NCBI GenBank assembly: GCA_964535955.1
Contig: CAZHVK010000002.1
Coordinates: forward strand, 72,122 to 136,121
From: an uncultured Methanosarcinales archaeon
Lineage (GTDB): Archaea; Nanobdellota; Nanobdellia; Woesearchaeales; CAXGTL01
Length of the DNA: 64,000 nucleotides
Direction of reading: 5' to 3'
Shown piece by piece: positions 1-9,983 of this stretch. Every line of letters starts with the position of its first letter. Positions within the stretch are counted from its first letter, which is position 1. The notes under the pieces were generated by a model. It did not search any database and was not told the origin of the DNA. It was given only the letters and a program-made list of their open reading frames with translations. Position numbers and translations under genes: made by a program.

Positions 1-101
1 AGGAAGTCATGTTATTAAAAGTGTTATTGAGTTCTAATAGATAAAATACAATAAGCAAAATGTTTTTAAACAAACTTAGTTATATCATTAAATAGACTAA
101 A

Positions 102-1133
102 ATGAACCAACTCTCATCATTCCAAATAAAAGAAATAGTAAAAGAATTACAGACTTTGGTAAACAGCAAAATAGACAAAGTATTCATGGACAATGACAAT
201 GAAATGTATTTACAACTTCACACACCTAACCTCGGTAAGAGGTTTTTAAGAATAGAAACAGGTAACACATTACACATAACAGAATTCAAACCAGTATTCC
301 AAAAAGCAAATGACTTTTGTCAAACATTAAGAAAAATAATAAACAATGCAAGAATTAGAAGTATAAAACAGATAGACTTTGAAAGAATTATTAAAATAGA
401 ATTAGAAAAAACAACAACACACTACCTAATAATGGAATTCTTTTCAAAAGGCAACATAATCTTAACAGATGAAAACAATCAGATAATAAACTGTTTATTT
501 AAACAAAAATTCACACAAAGAAAACTTTTGCCAAAAGAACAATATAAACATCCAAAACTCAAATATAATTTATTAGAAATGACAAAACAAGATCTAAAAA
601 ACATGCTGCAAGGAACAAACAAGGATTTATTAGTAAAAGCTTTAGCAATTGAACTAGGTCTTGGCGGCAAATATGCAGAAAAACTATGTGAAATAGCAAG
701 GATATCAAAAACAATGCCACCAATTCAAGTAAAAAACACAGACAAATTATATTCATCAATAAAAGAATTAAAATTAATATTACCAAAAGAATTCAAAACA
801 TTGAATGACTACCTAAACATACAATATCAACAAGAATTATCAGAAATAAAATCAGGAGAAGAATTAGCATATCAAGAACAAATCAAAAAAGTAAACAAAA
901 TGATGTCTATACAAAAACAAGCAATAAAAAATTACACAAAAGGTATTAAGGATAATGAAAAAAAAGCAGAATCCATTTACCAAAATTATCAATTAGTAAA
1001 TAATATTATCAAAGAACTAAAACAAATTCAAAAAAAACATACATGGCAAGAAATAAAAAAGAAATTAAAAAACCACAAAATCATAAAAGAAGTTGATGCT
1101 AAACATAAGGAGATAACCCTAGAACTAAAATGA
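102..1133 (+). CDS. NFACT/Rqc2 (FbpA-like) ribosome quality-control protein, N-terminal part only
   Basis: I.Q..FERII, LIMEFFSKGNIILTD and helix-hairpin-helix LGLGGKYAE motifs followed by coiled coil; 343 aa. Confidence 0.8.
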   Translation: MNQLSSFQIKEIVKELQTLVNSKIDKVFMDNDNEMYLQLHTPNLGKRFLRIETGNTLHITEFKPVFQKANDFCQTLRKIINNARIRSIKQIDFERIIKIELEKTTTHYLIMEFFSKGNIILTDENNQIINCLFKQKFTQRKLLPKEQYKHPKLKYNLLEMTKQDLKNMLQGTNKDLLVKALAIELGLGGKYAEKLCEIARISKTMPPIQVKNTDKLYSSIKELKLILPKEFKTLNDYLNIQYQQELSEIKSGEELAYQEQIKKVNKMMSIQKQAIKNYTKGIKDNEKKAESIYQNYQLVNNIIKELKQIQKKHTWQEIKKKLKNHKIIKEVDAKHKEITLELK

Positions 1134-1939
1134 ACCAATTCTTACAGAGATATAAAGACTTGTATAACAAAGATTTATCTGGCTACAAATCTCTAAATTT
1201 AAACAAATGCATCAGAACAAATTCTCTAAAAATAGGTGAAAATAATCTAAGAAAAAGATTAGAAAAAAAAGGAATTAAACTAAAAAAGTTCCAAGAAAAT
1301 GGTTATGAAGTTATAAGATCAAAAGTACCAGTTGGTGCAACACCAGAATATTTACAAGGATTTTACTATATACAAGAAAAAGCATCACAATATCCAGCAA
1401 CATTATTCAAATTCAAAAAAAATGACATAGTACTTGACATGTGTGCAGCACCAGGTTCAAAAACAACTCAATTATCACAATTAATGAATAACAAAGGCAC
1501 AATCATAGCGCTTGATATTAAAACCAAAAGATTAAATGCACTAAAAAACAATTTACAAAGAATGGGTTGTACAAATGTCATTGCTTATAATAAAGATGGA
1601 AGATATATAGAAGACTTTAAACTAAAGTTTGACAAAGTGTTAATAGATGCACCATGTTCAGGAAACTTTATCACAGACAAAGAATGGCTAAACAAAAGGA
1701 CTTTAGAAGACATCAAGTCTAGACAAAAACTTCAGAAACAATTAATTAGTGCTGGCATTAGTGTGCTCAAAGTAGGTGGAACTTTAGTATATTCAACATG
1801 TAGCATGGAACCAGAAGAAAATGAACAAATTATTGATTATGCATTAAAAGAGTTTAATGTTAAATTAGTAGAACAAAAAAGGTTTTGGCCACCTGAGACA
1901 CAAGGATTTTATGTTGCTAAGTTGAGAAAGATAAAATGA
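1130..1939 (+). CDS. RsmB/NOL1/NOP2 family RNA m5C methyltransferase
   Basis: LDMCAAPGSKT, DAPCSG and VYSTCS motifs. Confidence 0.93.
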   Translation: MNQFLQRYKDLYNKDLSGYKSLNLNKCIRTNSLKIGENNLRKRLEKKGIKLKKFQENGYEVIRSKVPVGATPEYLQGFYYIQEKASQYPATLFKFKKNDIVLDMCAAPGSKTTQLSQLMNNKGTIIALDIKTKRLNALKNNLQRMGCTNVIAYNKDGRYIEDFKLKFDKVLIDAPCSGNFITDKEWLNKRTLEDIKSRQKLQKQLISAGISVLKVGGTLVYSTCSMEPEENEQIIDYALKEFNVKLVEQKRFWPPETQGFYVAKLRKIK

Positions 1940-2652
1940 ACTACAAAACTCTAACAATAATCGGAACTTCGCACATTGCAGCACAAAGTATTAATGAAAT
2001 TAGAAACTCAGTACAAAAACACACACCAAATATAATAGCAATCGAATTAGACAAAAACCGTTACAAAGCACTCATCAGTAAAAAAAAACAAAGGAACAGA
2101 TTACCATTATCAGCAATCAAAGAAATAGGATTCAAAGGCTATTTATTCGCAATCATTGGAAGATATGCACAAAAAAAACTAGGAACAAAAGTAGGAATTG
2201 ACCCAGGATCAGACATGTTAGAAGGAATAATACAAGCAAAAAAACACAAATTAAAACTAGCACTCATAGACCAAGACATGAGAATAACATTAAAAAAATT
2301 CTCAAAAGCATTCAATTACAAAGAAAAATGGCAGCTAGTAAAAGACATCTTTAATGCAATCTTTTTCAGCAAAAGAGAAATAAGAAGATTAGGCCTAACT
2401 AAAATAGACCTAAACAAAGTACCATCAAAAATAATAATAAAAAAATTACTCCACCAATTTAAACAAAAGTACCCAAACACATACAAAGTATTAGTTGAAG
2501 AAAGAAACCATGTCATGGCAAAAAAACTAGCAAAACTCATGCAAAAACATCCTAAAGACAAAATCTTAGCAATAGTTGGGGCAGGTCATGAACAAAGAAT
2601 TCTAGAGATTGTCAAGAAGATCTATGAACATAAAGTTGAGTATTTAAAGTAA
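1936..2652 (+). CDS. TraB/GumN family protein
   Basis: IIGTSHI, IELD..R, ERN..MA and VGAGH motifs. Confidence 0.88.
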   Translation: MNYKTLTIIGTSHIAAQSINEIRNSVQKHTPNIIAIELDKNRYKALISKKKQRNRLPLSAIKEIGFKGYLFAIIGRYAQKKLGTKVGIDPGSDMLEGIIQAKKHKLKLALIDQDMRITLKKFSKAFNYKEKWQLVKDIFNAIFFSKREIRRLGLTKIDLNKVPSKIIIKKLLHQFKQKYPNTYKVLVEERNHVMAKKLAKLMQKHPKDKILAIVGAGHEQRILEIVKKIYEHKVEYLK

Positions 2653-2730
2653 AATTGATATGCCAAGTAAAATATATCTAAACCAAAACATAACAAAATT
2701 TATAAACACCAGAAACATCAACACATTATA

Positions 2731-3474
2731 ATGATAAAAAAATTCATTCCAGCTATTAAAAAACACTTAGATTTCAGTAAAAAAGAATACACAGACATAA
2801 TCTTAGCAACACTAATCCTGAGCTTTATATTTTCTTTATCAAAATGGAATGGAAAAGCCTCCTATCCACTACATTTAATATCAATAATAATCATTGTATT
2901 TATTTCATTTTTATTGCATTTAACAGTGCAAAAGATTTTTGGAATAAAAGAAGGATATGAAGCAGAATTCAAAGTAAGCATAATTAGTTTATTATCTGCT
3001 TTAATGCTTGGAATCTTGACATATGTTCCAATAAATGATATTTTATTAGTATTAGTCATTCCTGGCACAATGACTTATAAGATAATGTCTAAACATAGAA
3101 TTGGTAAATGGCCAAGAGGTCCAAACTTTGGAGAGTTGGGTTTTATAACATCAGCAGGCATTGTATCAAATCTTTTGCTGGCAATAATATTTTATGGTTT
3201 GTATTTAGCAACAAACATGTGGGCATTTTGGTTAATAACAATAATAAATGTATTTTTTGCATTTGGTACAGTCCTCCCTATTCCTAAGAATGATGGACTT
3301 ATAATCTTTTTTAGTTCCAGAGTAGTCTATATTATTATTGCAACATTAACTATAACAACCTCTTACCTTATATTTATGGAGATGAGTTTTTTAGCTTCAT
3401 TATCATTGATTATAATACTAGTATTCACTGTATGGTCTAGTTATTATTTTGCAGTTGAAAAGAAAATCAAATAA
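2731..3474 (+). CDS. Membrane protein, degenerate M50 (site-2 protease) homologue
   Basis: Multiple TM segments; AGIVSNL and LPIPKNDG resemble M50 motifs but HExxH is replaced by HLTVQ. Confidence 0.55.
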   Translation: MIKKFIPAIKKHLDFSKKEYTDIILATLILSFIFSLSKWNGKASYPLHLISIIIIVFISFLLHLTVQKIFGIKEGYEAEFKVSIISLLSALMLGILTYVPINDILLVLVIPGTMTYKIMSKHRIGKWPRGPNFGELGFITSAGIVSNLLLAIIFYGLYLATNMWAFWLITIINVFFAFGTVLPIPKNDGLIIFFSSRVVYIIIATLTITTSYLIFMEMSFLASLSLIIILVFTVWSSYYFAVEKKIK

Positions 3475-3475
3475 T

Positions 3476-3751
3476 TCAGGATGCCAAAGACATTACAGCT
3501 TTTTGAGCCAAGTAAATAATAGCTAAATAAGAAATAACAACATTAGATAAACCAAAAAATAAAAAGATAAAATAAATTCCGACAAGGCCATCGATTAAAC
3601 TAGCAACATCGCCTTTATAAGCATAGGCTTTTATTCCCAGATAAATAAAACAAACAATAATGAATCTCCAGCCTGAATAAAACTCATGCTCAGCTAAAAA
3701 AATCACCAAAGCTGTCAACAAATCAAATAAACCTAATAATTTAATTATCAT
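3476..3751 (-). CDS. Small membrane protein
   Basis: 91-aa hydrophobic ORF fitting between neighbours. Confidence 0.6.
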   Translation of the reverse strand: MIIKLLGLFDLLTALVIFLAEHEFYSGWRFIIVCFIYLGIKAYAYKGDVASLIDGLVGIYFIFLFFGLSNVVISYLAIIYLAQKAVMSLAS

Positions 3752-3783
3752 ATTAGGTAGGGATTAATAAAAGGTATATAAAT

Positions 3784-4107
3784 ATGTTGAAAAAAAAAGC
3801 AGAAATTAATATATATGATTGGTACTTAGAATTTACAGCATTGTTGTTCTTAATCATTGCTATTGTAATGGTACATAGTATTGAAAATACATACCTCAAA
3901 TTTACAAACATATTCATCTCTGGCTTAATCTGTGGATATATTTTATTCAAAAAAAAGTTTAATTTTAGAACAATGTTTATTACCATTGCCTGGATAATAG
4001 GCTTAATAATAGGAAGTGAAATTAATCCATATGAAATAACAGCTGTCTTTTGTATAGGAATTATAATATTATACCAAAGTTTAAAAAGAAAGTGGTTAGA
4101 ATTTTAA
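3784..4107 (+). CDS. Small membrane protein
   Basis: 107 aa, about 4 hydrophobic segments. Confidence 0.6.
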   Translation: MLKKKAEINIYDWYLEFTALLFLIIAIVMVHSIENTYLKFTNIFISGLICGYILFKKKFNFRTMFITIAWIIGLIIGSEINPYEITAVFCIGIIILYQSLKRKWLEF

Positions 4108-4132
4108 ACGAAAAAGAATTATAATTATATAA

Positions 4133-5023
4133 TTAAAAATTTTCATTTTTTTGTAATATCAAAATATCTTCTGTAGTTAATTTCTTGCCTCTTTTCATCT
4201 TTTCTTTTACATCTTTTTCTTTAGTCTTCATCAATTCTTCCTGCTTCTGTTTTTCTTTTCTATATTTTTCTTGTTTATCCCTTCTAAGCTTAGAATTAAT
4301 ATCAGCTACCTTTCTTAATATTTTTTTTAATTCATCATTAATTTCAGTAAACTGTTTTTTAAACTTTAAAAATTCTGCAAATGCTTTTGCTTCTTTTTCT
4401 TTAAGCTCATCTATTTCTTTAGAAGATGCTATAATAGCTTCGTGTTTTTCTTGTCCATGTTTTGCTTGTGTTTGAATATTATTGTGAGTTTGATTCCTAT
4501 CTCTTCTTAATTTCTTAACATCATCAGAAATAGTTTTGACTTGTTCCCAAACTTTAATCAATGATTTGATTTCTTTAAACTTCTTTTTCAAATCCTTTAT
4601 TTGCTTCATAACTTTCTTTTCCTGCTCAATAGAAAGTACTTCTGTTTCAACCTTTTCTTCTAAACTTTCAATCCTGCCCTTTAATTCAAAAGGATCACCT
4701 CTGATATCATACTTTGAAAGAAGATCTCTCTTTTCCTGATTAAGTTTCTTTATTTGATTTACTTTTTGTGAGAGTTCTTTAGTAAGTTCTGTCCTTTTTC
4801 CTTTATCTTCTTTAATTTGTTTTGTAAATTTATTTCTAACATTCCTATTAGATTTTATATCTCTAATAATTGCAGAAATCTTTTTGTTTAAATCATCTTT
4901 CTTTTTAAACCAATTTTCTTTTTGGTCATTTACTTCAGAAAGTTTGGATTTTAATTCAGTAATACTCTTCTTATATTCAGATAATTCTCTTAAAATATTT
5001 TTTTTTTCATCAGGTATTAACAT
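4133..5023 (-). CDS. Archaeal coiled-coil protein (COG1340-like)
   Basis: K/E-rich heptads, T..LS.E.EK motif and C-terminal GKKLTTEDIL. Confidence 0.7.
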   Translation of the reverse strand: MLIPDEKKNILRELSEYKKSITELKSKLSEVNDQKENWFKKKDDLNKKISAIIRDIKSNRNVRNKFTKQIKEDKGKRTELTKELSQKVNQIKKLNQEKRDLLSKYDIRGDPFELKGRIESLEEKVETEVLSIEQEKKVMKQIKDLKKKFKEIKSLIKVWEQVKTISDDVKKLRRDRNQTHNNIQTQAKHGQEKHEAIIASSKEIDELKEKEAKAFAEFLKFKKQFTEINDELKKILRKVADINSKLRRDKQEKYRKEKQKQEELMKTKEKDVKEKMKRGKKLTTEDILILQKNENF

Positions 5024-5091
5024 TGTGTCACGCTCACTAAATTTAGTCGTCGTTAAATGAAAACTTAAAAAAAAATAATAAATAATTAAAT

Positions 5092-5403
5092 TCAGCCAAA
5101 TAAAGCTCCTAACCCAGCAGCAGCTTGTTCTGCAGATTTTTCATCTTTTTTAGGTTTGTCTTCCTTCTTTGCTACAGATTTATCCCCACCAGCTTTAGCA
5201 ACAGGTGCAACAGCAGTTACAGGTGCAACAGCAGCTTTTTTAATAGCTTCATCTATATTAACTCCTTCCAGAGCAGCAATTAATGCTTTTATTCTAGCAT
5301 CATCTGCTTTAACCCCAGCAGATTCTAATACTTTTTTAACATTATCTTCTTTGATTTCTTTTCCAGCTTTGTGCAATAACATTGCAGCATATATGTATTC
5401 CAT
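5092..5403 (-). CDS. rpl12p: 50S ribosomal stalk protein P1 (L12p)
   Basis: [11 protein letters not shown] start and [10 protein letters not shown] end. Confidence 0.97.
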   Translation of the reverse strand: MEYIYAAMLLHKAGKEIKEDNVKKVLESAGVKADDARIKALIAALEGVNIDEAIKKAAVAPVTAVAPVAKAGGDKSVAKKEDKPKKDEKSAEQAAAGLGALFG

Positions 5404-5458
5404 TTTTTTACCTCCAAATAAATTAATAGTTTTATTTTTGTTTTAAATGATTATGATT

Positions 5459-6609
5459 TTATTTTTTTAAATCTTTAACTTCTTCCTTCTTCTCTTCCTT
5501 CTTCTCTTCCTTCTTCTCTTCCTTCTTCTCTTCCTNNNNNNNNNNNNNNNNNNNNNNNNNNNNNNNNNNNNNNNNNNNNNNNNNNNNNNNNNNNNNNNNN
5601 NNNNNNNNNNNNNNNNNNNNNNNNNNNNNNNNNNNTCTTCCTTCTTCTCTTCCTTCTTCTCTTCCTTCTTCTCTTCCTTCTTCTCTTCCTTCTTCTCTTC
5701 CTCTTTCTTTTCAGGTTTAGCTTCTTCCTTAACCTCAACCTTTAATTCACCAACTTCTTCTTTCAGTGCATTCATCTGTGCTTCAGCCTTTCCAAGTACA
5801 TCACCAACAGTTTCTGAACACAAAATATCTTGTGCTCTTGCTAATGCCAAAGCATTATTATAAGCTTTAGGTAATAATACTTCAATAGTATCTTTTGTAA
5901 AATAACCAGCCTCAATAGCTAAGTTAAATGATTCTGTACTAGCCAAAGCAATATTGTCAATAAATTGTTGATCATCAACATCTAAAATATCTTTAGTAAA
6001 TATAGTACCTTCTTCATAAACAGCAACTAAATCTAAACCAACCTCCATAGGTAAAATACTTAATCTTGTTAACATACTAGCAACATTTCCTTCTATTACT
6101 TCACCTTCTTTTGTAACAACTTTATCTGAATTAATAGCAACTTTTCCATTTTCAACCTTGGTTTTAAGACCAAGTTCACTTAATTCAGAAATAACAGGCC
6201 CAGGTGCAAAAGGAGTTACACCTGCTTTAATAATAATATCTTTAGGAGCAATTTGTCCAGCTTTTGCAGGAGCTGGTGATTTATTTTTTCTAATAATTTT
6301 TGCCAACTTAAATGGATTTTCTTTAGTAAATAACAAAGCAGGCATCCCTTTCAAATAAGGAATCAATTTTTCAATATTTTTCTTTTTATCCTTTACTTGT
6401 TCAATTACTAATTTAACCAGTCTATGTTTAGTCATTTTAATGATAACATCTTTTCTAAGTTTCTCTCTCATCTTTTGTAATTGTGGTGCTGGCAAATTTT
6501 CCATATTAAGAGCACCAACAATAGGATAATCAGTCATTAATTTAACAAATTCATTAACAATTCTTTTTTTATATTCTGCAACATGTGCTTTTGGTTTTTT
6601 CATTTTCAC
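5459..6609 (-). CDS. rplP0: 50S ribosomal protein uL10/P0; spans the N gap
   Basis: KAHVAEYKK and APAKAGQIAP..I...AG.T.F.PGP; reading the repeat frame beyond the gap gives ...KKEEVKDLKK* with stop at 5459-5461. Confidence 0.93.
5480..5703. repeat. 12-bp tandem repeat (TTCTCTTCCTTC)n encoding (KKEE)n, interrupted by a 100-N scaffold gap
   Basis: Repeat visible on both sides of the N run at 5536-5635. Confidence 0.95.
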
Positions 6610-7259
6610 GTTAGTTTAACTGGTTTTGACATTGTTAATTTTAATATAATATTTTTAAGATTATTTTTTTCACCAGGAAGATTATGAATTAAATTGTTAT
6701 AAACAGCAAGAATATTCTCTGCAATATGATTATCATCCATTTTTTCATCGCCCACTCTTAAATGGATAATAAGTTGTTTTTTAGCACTGATTCTTATTAA
6801 TTTTTGAAGCTTTTCCACTAATGGTTTCAAAGTTGCTTTAGGAGGAACAATACATCCAGCTTTTGGATTAGGCATCTTTTGTCTTACACCTAAAACTTTA
6901 CCAAATGTGGTTGCTACTTTAGCCATAATATTGGCCTGAGCAATAAAAAAATCACATTCTTCTGCTAATTTTTTTATTAATTTTTTATCATCAGCATATT
7001 TAGGAAAATCAGCAACAAGTATTGTTTTATCACAATTATTATTTGCTTCATCTTTTAACTCAGGTCCCACAAAAGCGCAAACCTTTACCTTTTTTCCAAC
7101 ACCATTAGGCAAACCAAGAAAAAAATCAACATGATTATCAGGCTTTTTCAGATCAAGATTCTTAAGATTAATAACTAAGTCATATGTCTGTGAAAAGTTT
7201 CTTTTTTTAGAACCTTCCTTTACTTTCTTTATAACTTCTAATATTTTATTTTTATCCAT
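6606..7259 (-). CDS. rpl1p: 50S ribosomal protein uL1
   Basis: KRNFSQTYDL..NLK and KMPNPKAG; ATG at 7259 is better spaced from the GGAGG SD than 7265. Confidence 0.96.
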   Translation of the reverse strand: MDKNKILEVIKKVKEGSKKRNFSQTYDLVINLKNLDLKKPDNHVDFFLGLPNGVGKKVKVCAFVGPELKDEANNNCDKTILVADFPKYADDKKLIKKLAEECDFFIAQANIMAKVATTFGKVLGVRQKMPNPKAGCIVPPKATLKPLVEKLQKLIRISAKKQLIIHLRVGDEKMDDNHIAENILAVYNNLIHNLPGEKNNLKNIILKLTMSKPVKLT

Positions 7260-7266
7260 TATCATG

Positions 7267-7293
7267 CCCTCCTACTTAGTGTAGTTATGCGGG
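7267..7293 (-). promoter_or_regulatory. Putative L1-binding autoregulatory leader overlapping the SD
   Basis: Sense sequence CCC GC AUAA CUAC acuaa GUAG GA GGG resembles the L1 recognition motif (G-GA-GG opposite CC-GC-NNAA-C). Confidence 0.7.
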
Positions 7294-7413
7294 TTAATAA
7301 GATATAAGAATAATGATCTCTTTATAAATTTAACTAGAGATTAGCTATAAAATTAGGCATGTCCTCAAGATTTAAATATAAACACACATTACTTACAAAT
7401 AAGGTGATTTAAA

Positions 7414-8505
7414 ATAAAAGAAAGAATAATCTGGACTAAAGAAAAAATAGAATTATTAAAAAAATATAAAAAACAAAATTTATCATATGAAGAAATTGGA
7501 AACAATATGGGTATAAGTAAATCTAAAGTAAGAAATGCTTGTTATAAATATAGAATTCTTTTAACACCTGAATCAAGAAAGAATGCACAAAAAAAAGCAG
7601 CTCTAAAAGGTTTAAAAACTAAGACAAAAAAATATAATTTAGTAGAATGGACTAATGTAAAAATAAATAAATTAAAAAAACTAAAAGATAAAGGATATAG
7701 CAATAAAAAAATATCAGAGATATTAAAAGTACCAAAATCATCATTATGTAATGCTTGTTTTAACTATAGAATTCTTCTAGATGAGAAAACAAGAAAACAA
7801 AAGATAAAAGAAGCAGGGATTAAAGGAGGGAATATGTTTAAAGAAAAAAGAAGAAATTTAATTAAATTAAACAGATTTGATGAAGACTTAGGATATATAA
7901 TAGGAGTTTGTTTTGGTGATGGAAGCATAGTCAAAGTAGGGAATAGTAAAGCAATTTGCTTAAGAACAACTAATGAAAGTTTTGCAAAAGCTTTTTTTAA
8001 TGCAGTATTGGACTATACAAAAGTAGAGCCAAAATATCATATAAGAATTTATGATAAATATTTTAAAAAAGAAAATAGATTTTATAAAAATGTTAAATAT
8101 TATGAAGTTTTTTTATATAATATATTTTTTGCAGAGAAATTACAAAATGTATTTGGAAGTACAATAAAATGGAAAATTGATGTTAATAAATATTTAAATT
8201 ATAAAAAATCCTTTATTATAGGGTTCATAAGAGGTTTATTTGATTCAGAAGGGAGCATAAGTGGAAAAAAAACAAGTTTAGGATTTAGTTCTACAAATAA
8301 AGAAGGAATTGAATCCTTTTACAAACTATTATCAACTTTAGGATTTGGATTTAATTTTAATGTCTATAAAAGAAAAAATGGGATTATAGAATATAAGATT
8401 AGGAGTTCTAAAAGATCAGTAATTGAAAAATTTTCCAAAGAAATAGGATTTAATATAGATTACAAACAGAAAATACTCAAAAATTTTATAAAAAAAATTA
8501 ATTAA
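7414..8505 (+). CDS. Free-standing LAGLIDADG endonuclease-family protein with two N-terminal HTH repeats
   Basis: LGYIIGVCFGDG and FIRGLFDSEG motifs; frame open from 7408; SD AAGGTGA at 7401 precedes in-frame ATA at 7414; first ATG at 7507. Confidence 0.85.
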   Translation: MKERIIWTKEKIELLKKYKKQNLSYEEIGNNMGISKSKVRNACYKYRILLTPESRKNAQKKAALKGLKTKTKKYNLVEWTNVKINKLKKLKDKGYSNKKISEILKVPKSSLCNACFNYRILLDEKTRKQKIKEAGIKGGNMFKEKRRNLIKLNRFDEDLGYIIGVCFGDGSIVKVGNSKAICLRTTNESFAKAFFNAVLDYTKVEPKYHIRIYDKYFKKENRFYKNVKYYEVFLYNIFFAEKLQNVFGSTIKWKIDVNKYLNYKKSFIIGFIRGLFDSEGSISGKKTSLGFSSTNKEGIESFYKLLSTLGFGFNFNVYKRKNGIIEYKIRSSKRSVIEKFSKEIGFNIDYKQKILKNFIKKIN

Positions 8506-9169
8506 AATCTACATAAGTTTCAGGTTTGTTTAAACTAGTATAAGGTAATTCACCAAAACCGCATGATTTACAAGTCCAATCAAGATAAATCCATCCTTTA
8601 TTTTTGTATTTCTTTGAAGTATCATCCAATTTAATTCTTACATAAGCATGCCCTGGAATAAATACCATTTGGGTTTTAATCCCAATTGCTGCTTCTAAAT
8701 TTGCTAAAGTAACAGATCCACTTTCACAATCTCCCCCACCTACACTCAAAAATTCTCTTGGGCTTTCAACATATTCTATTCCAATAGGATCTGAAATATA
8801 ATCAAAATTATCCCTTACAAAATAAAACATTGCTTTTGCACTGCATATCTTATTACCAGAACAAGCAGTAGATGATATCTTGTCAGCTGTCTGTTTTACA
8901 ATAGGATCATTTGGTTTAACTAATTTCTTAAAATCATTATAACCAGAAGGTTGAATAGCTTCATCAATAATCTCAATATCTTCAGGTATTACATTTGACA
9001 CAGAAAAACCTATATTAGGCTCAGGATCAAGTTTAACAGAATATTCAGGAAATATCATAAGAACAAGTAATAACACCAAAAAAATAGCTAATATGATCTT
9101 TATTGGTGTTAACCATTTTTTTTCTTCTTCATCCATATGATCTGTAACAGGATCCATAGAATTAAACAA
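8498..9169 (-). CDS. Membrane-anchored transglutaminase-like protein
   Basis: N-terminal TM helix; GDCE, GHAY and LD triad motifs. Confidence 0.85.
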   Translation of the reverse strand: MFNSMDPVTDHMDEEEKKWLTPIKIILAIFLVLLLVLMIFPEYSVKLDPEPNIGFSVSNVIPEDIEIIDEAIQPSGYNDFKKLVKPNDPIVKQTADKISSTACSGNKICSAKAMFYFVRDNFDYISDPIGIEYVESPREFLSVGGGDCESGSVTLANLEAAIGIKTQMVFIPGHAYVRIKLDDTSKKYKNKGWIYLDWTCKSCGFGELPYTSLNKPETYVDFN

Positions 9170-9204
9170 TTAAATCAATCATATATTAAACTATCTAAAA
9201 TTAA

Positions 9205-9915
9205 TTATTGACCAAACCTTCTATCTCTTTCAGAATAATCTTGAATACATTTAACAAAATCCTCTTTTTCAAACTCAGGCCAAAACTTATCAACAAAACA
9301 ATATTCAGCATAAGACCCCTGCCATAACATAAACCCAGAAGTTCTTCTTTCACCAGATGTTCTTATTATTAGGTCTGGCTCAGAAGATATATACAAACTT
9401 TTATCAAAGACATCTTCATTGATCTTATCAATATTAAGTTTGCCGGATTTAATCTGCTGAGCAATCTTTTTAGTTGCATCAATAATCTCAGCTCTTCCAT
9501 CATAAGCCATTGCAAAATTAATTACATAATCAGAATAATCTTTAGACATCTCCATTAAATCTTTCATCTTATTAAAAATATTAGGTGGAAAAAGATTGAT
9601 TCTTCCAATAAAATTAACTTTTATTTTATTCTTATGGATCTTTTCTATAGTACATTGTCTAGAAAAGAATTCTGCAAACAATTTCATAAGATAATCAAAC
9701 TCTTTCTTAGGCCTATCAAAATTCTTTAAAGAAAAAGCATAAAGTGTGACTTCTTTTATTCCAAGCTCTTTACACCAATCAAATAGTTTATCAACCTTAT
9801 CAGCACCCCACTCATGCCCTTTCCAAGGTTTCAACATAAGTCTCTTAGCAAACCTTCTATTACCATCAAGAATTATTCCTACATGTTTTGGTACATTGCT
9901 TATAGTTGGCTGCAT
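9205..9915 (-). CDS. uppS: cis-prenyltransferase (undecaprenyl diphosphate synthase family)
   Basis: HVGIILDGNRR, IIRTSGERRTSGFMLWQ and RRFG motifs. Confidence 0.96.
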   Translation of the reverse strand: MQPTISNVPKHVGIILDGNRRFAKRLMLKPWKGHEWGADKVDKLFDWCKELGIKEVTLYAFSLKNFDRPKKEFDYLMKLFAEFFSRQCTIEKIHKNKIKVNFIGRINLFPPNIFNKMKDLMEMSKDYSDYVINFAMAYDGRAEIIDATKKIAQQIKSGKLNIDKINEDVFDKSLYISSEPDLIIRTSGERRTSGFMLWQGSYAEYCFVDKFWPEFEKEDFVKCIQDYSERDRRFGQ

Positions 9916-9983
9916 TTTTATCCCCTTATTGCATAGAGATTATATTTCTATTTAAAAAACTTATTATTTTCTACAATATAGTT

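Noticed and set aside
5467..5738. Poly-Arg/Lys ORF and poly-Arg P0 tail
   Set aside because: Artefacts of alternative frames through the 12-bp repeat and the arbitrary 100-N gap.
7507..8505. Intein or group I intron host
   Set aside because: No splicing-domain motifs, and neither flanking gene is interrupted.
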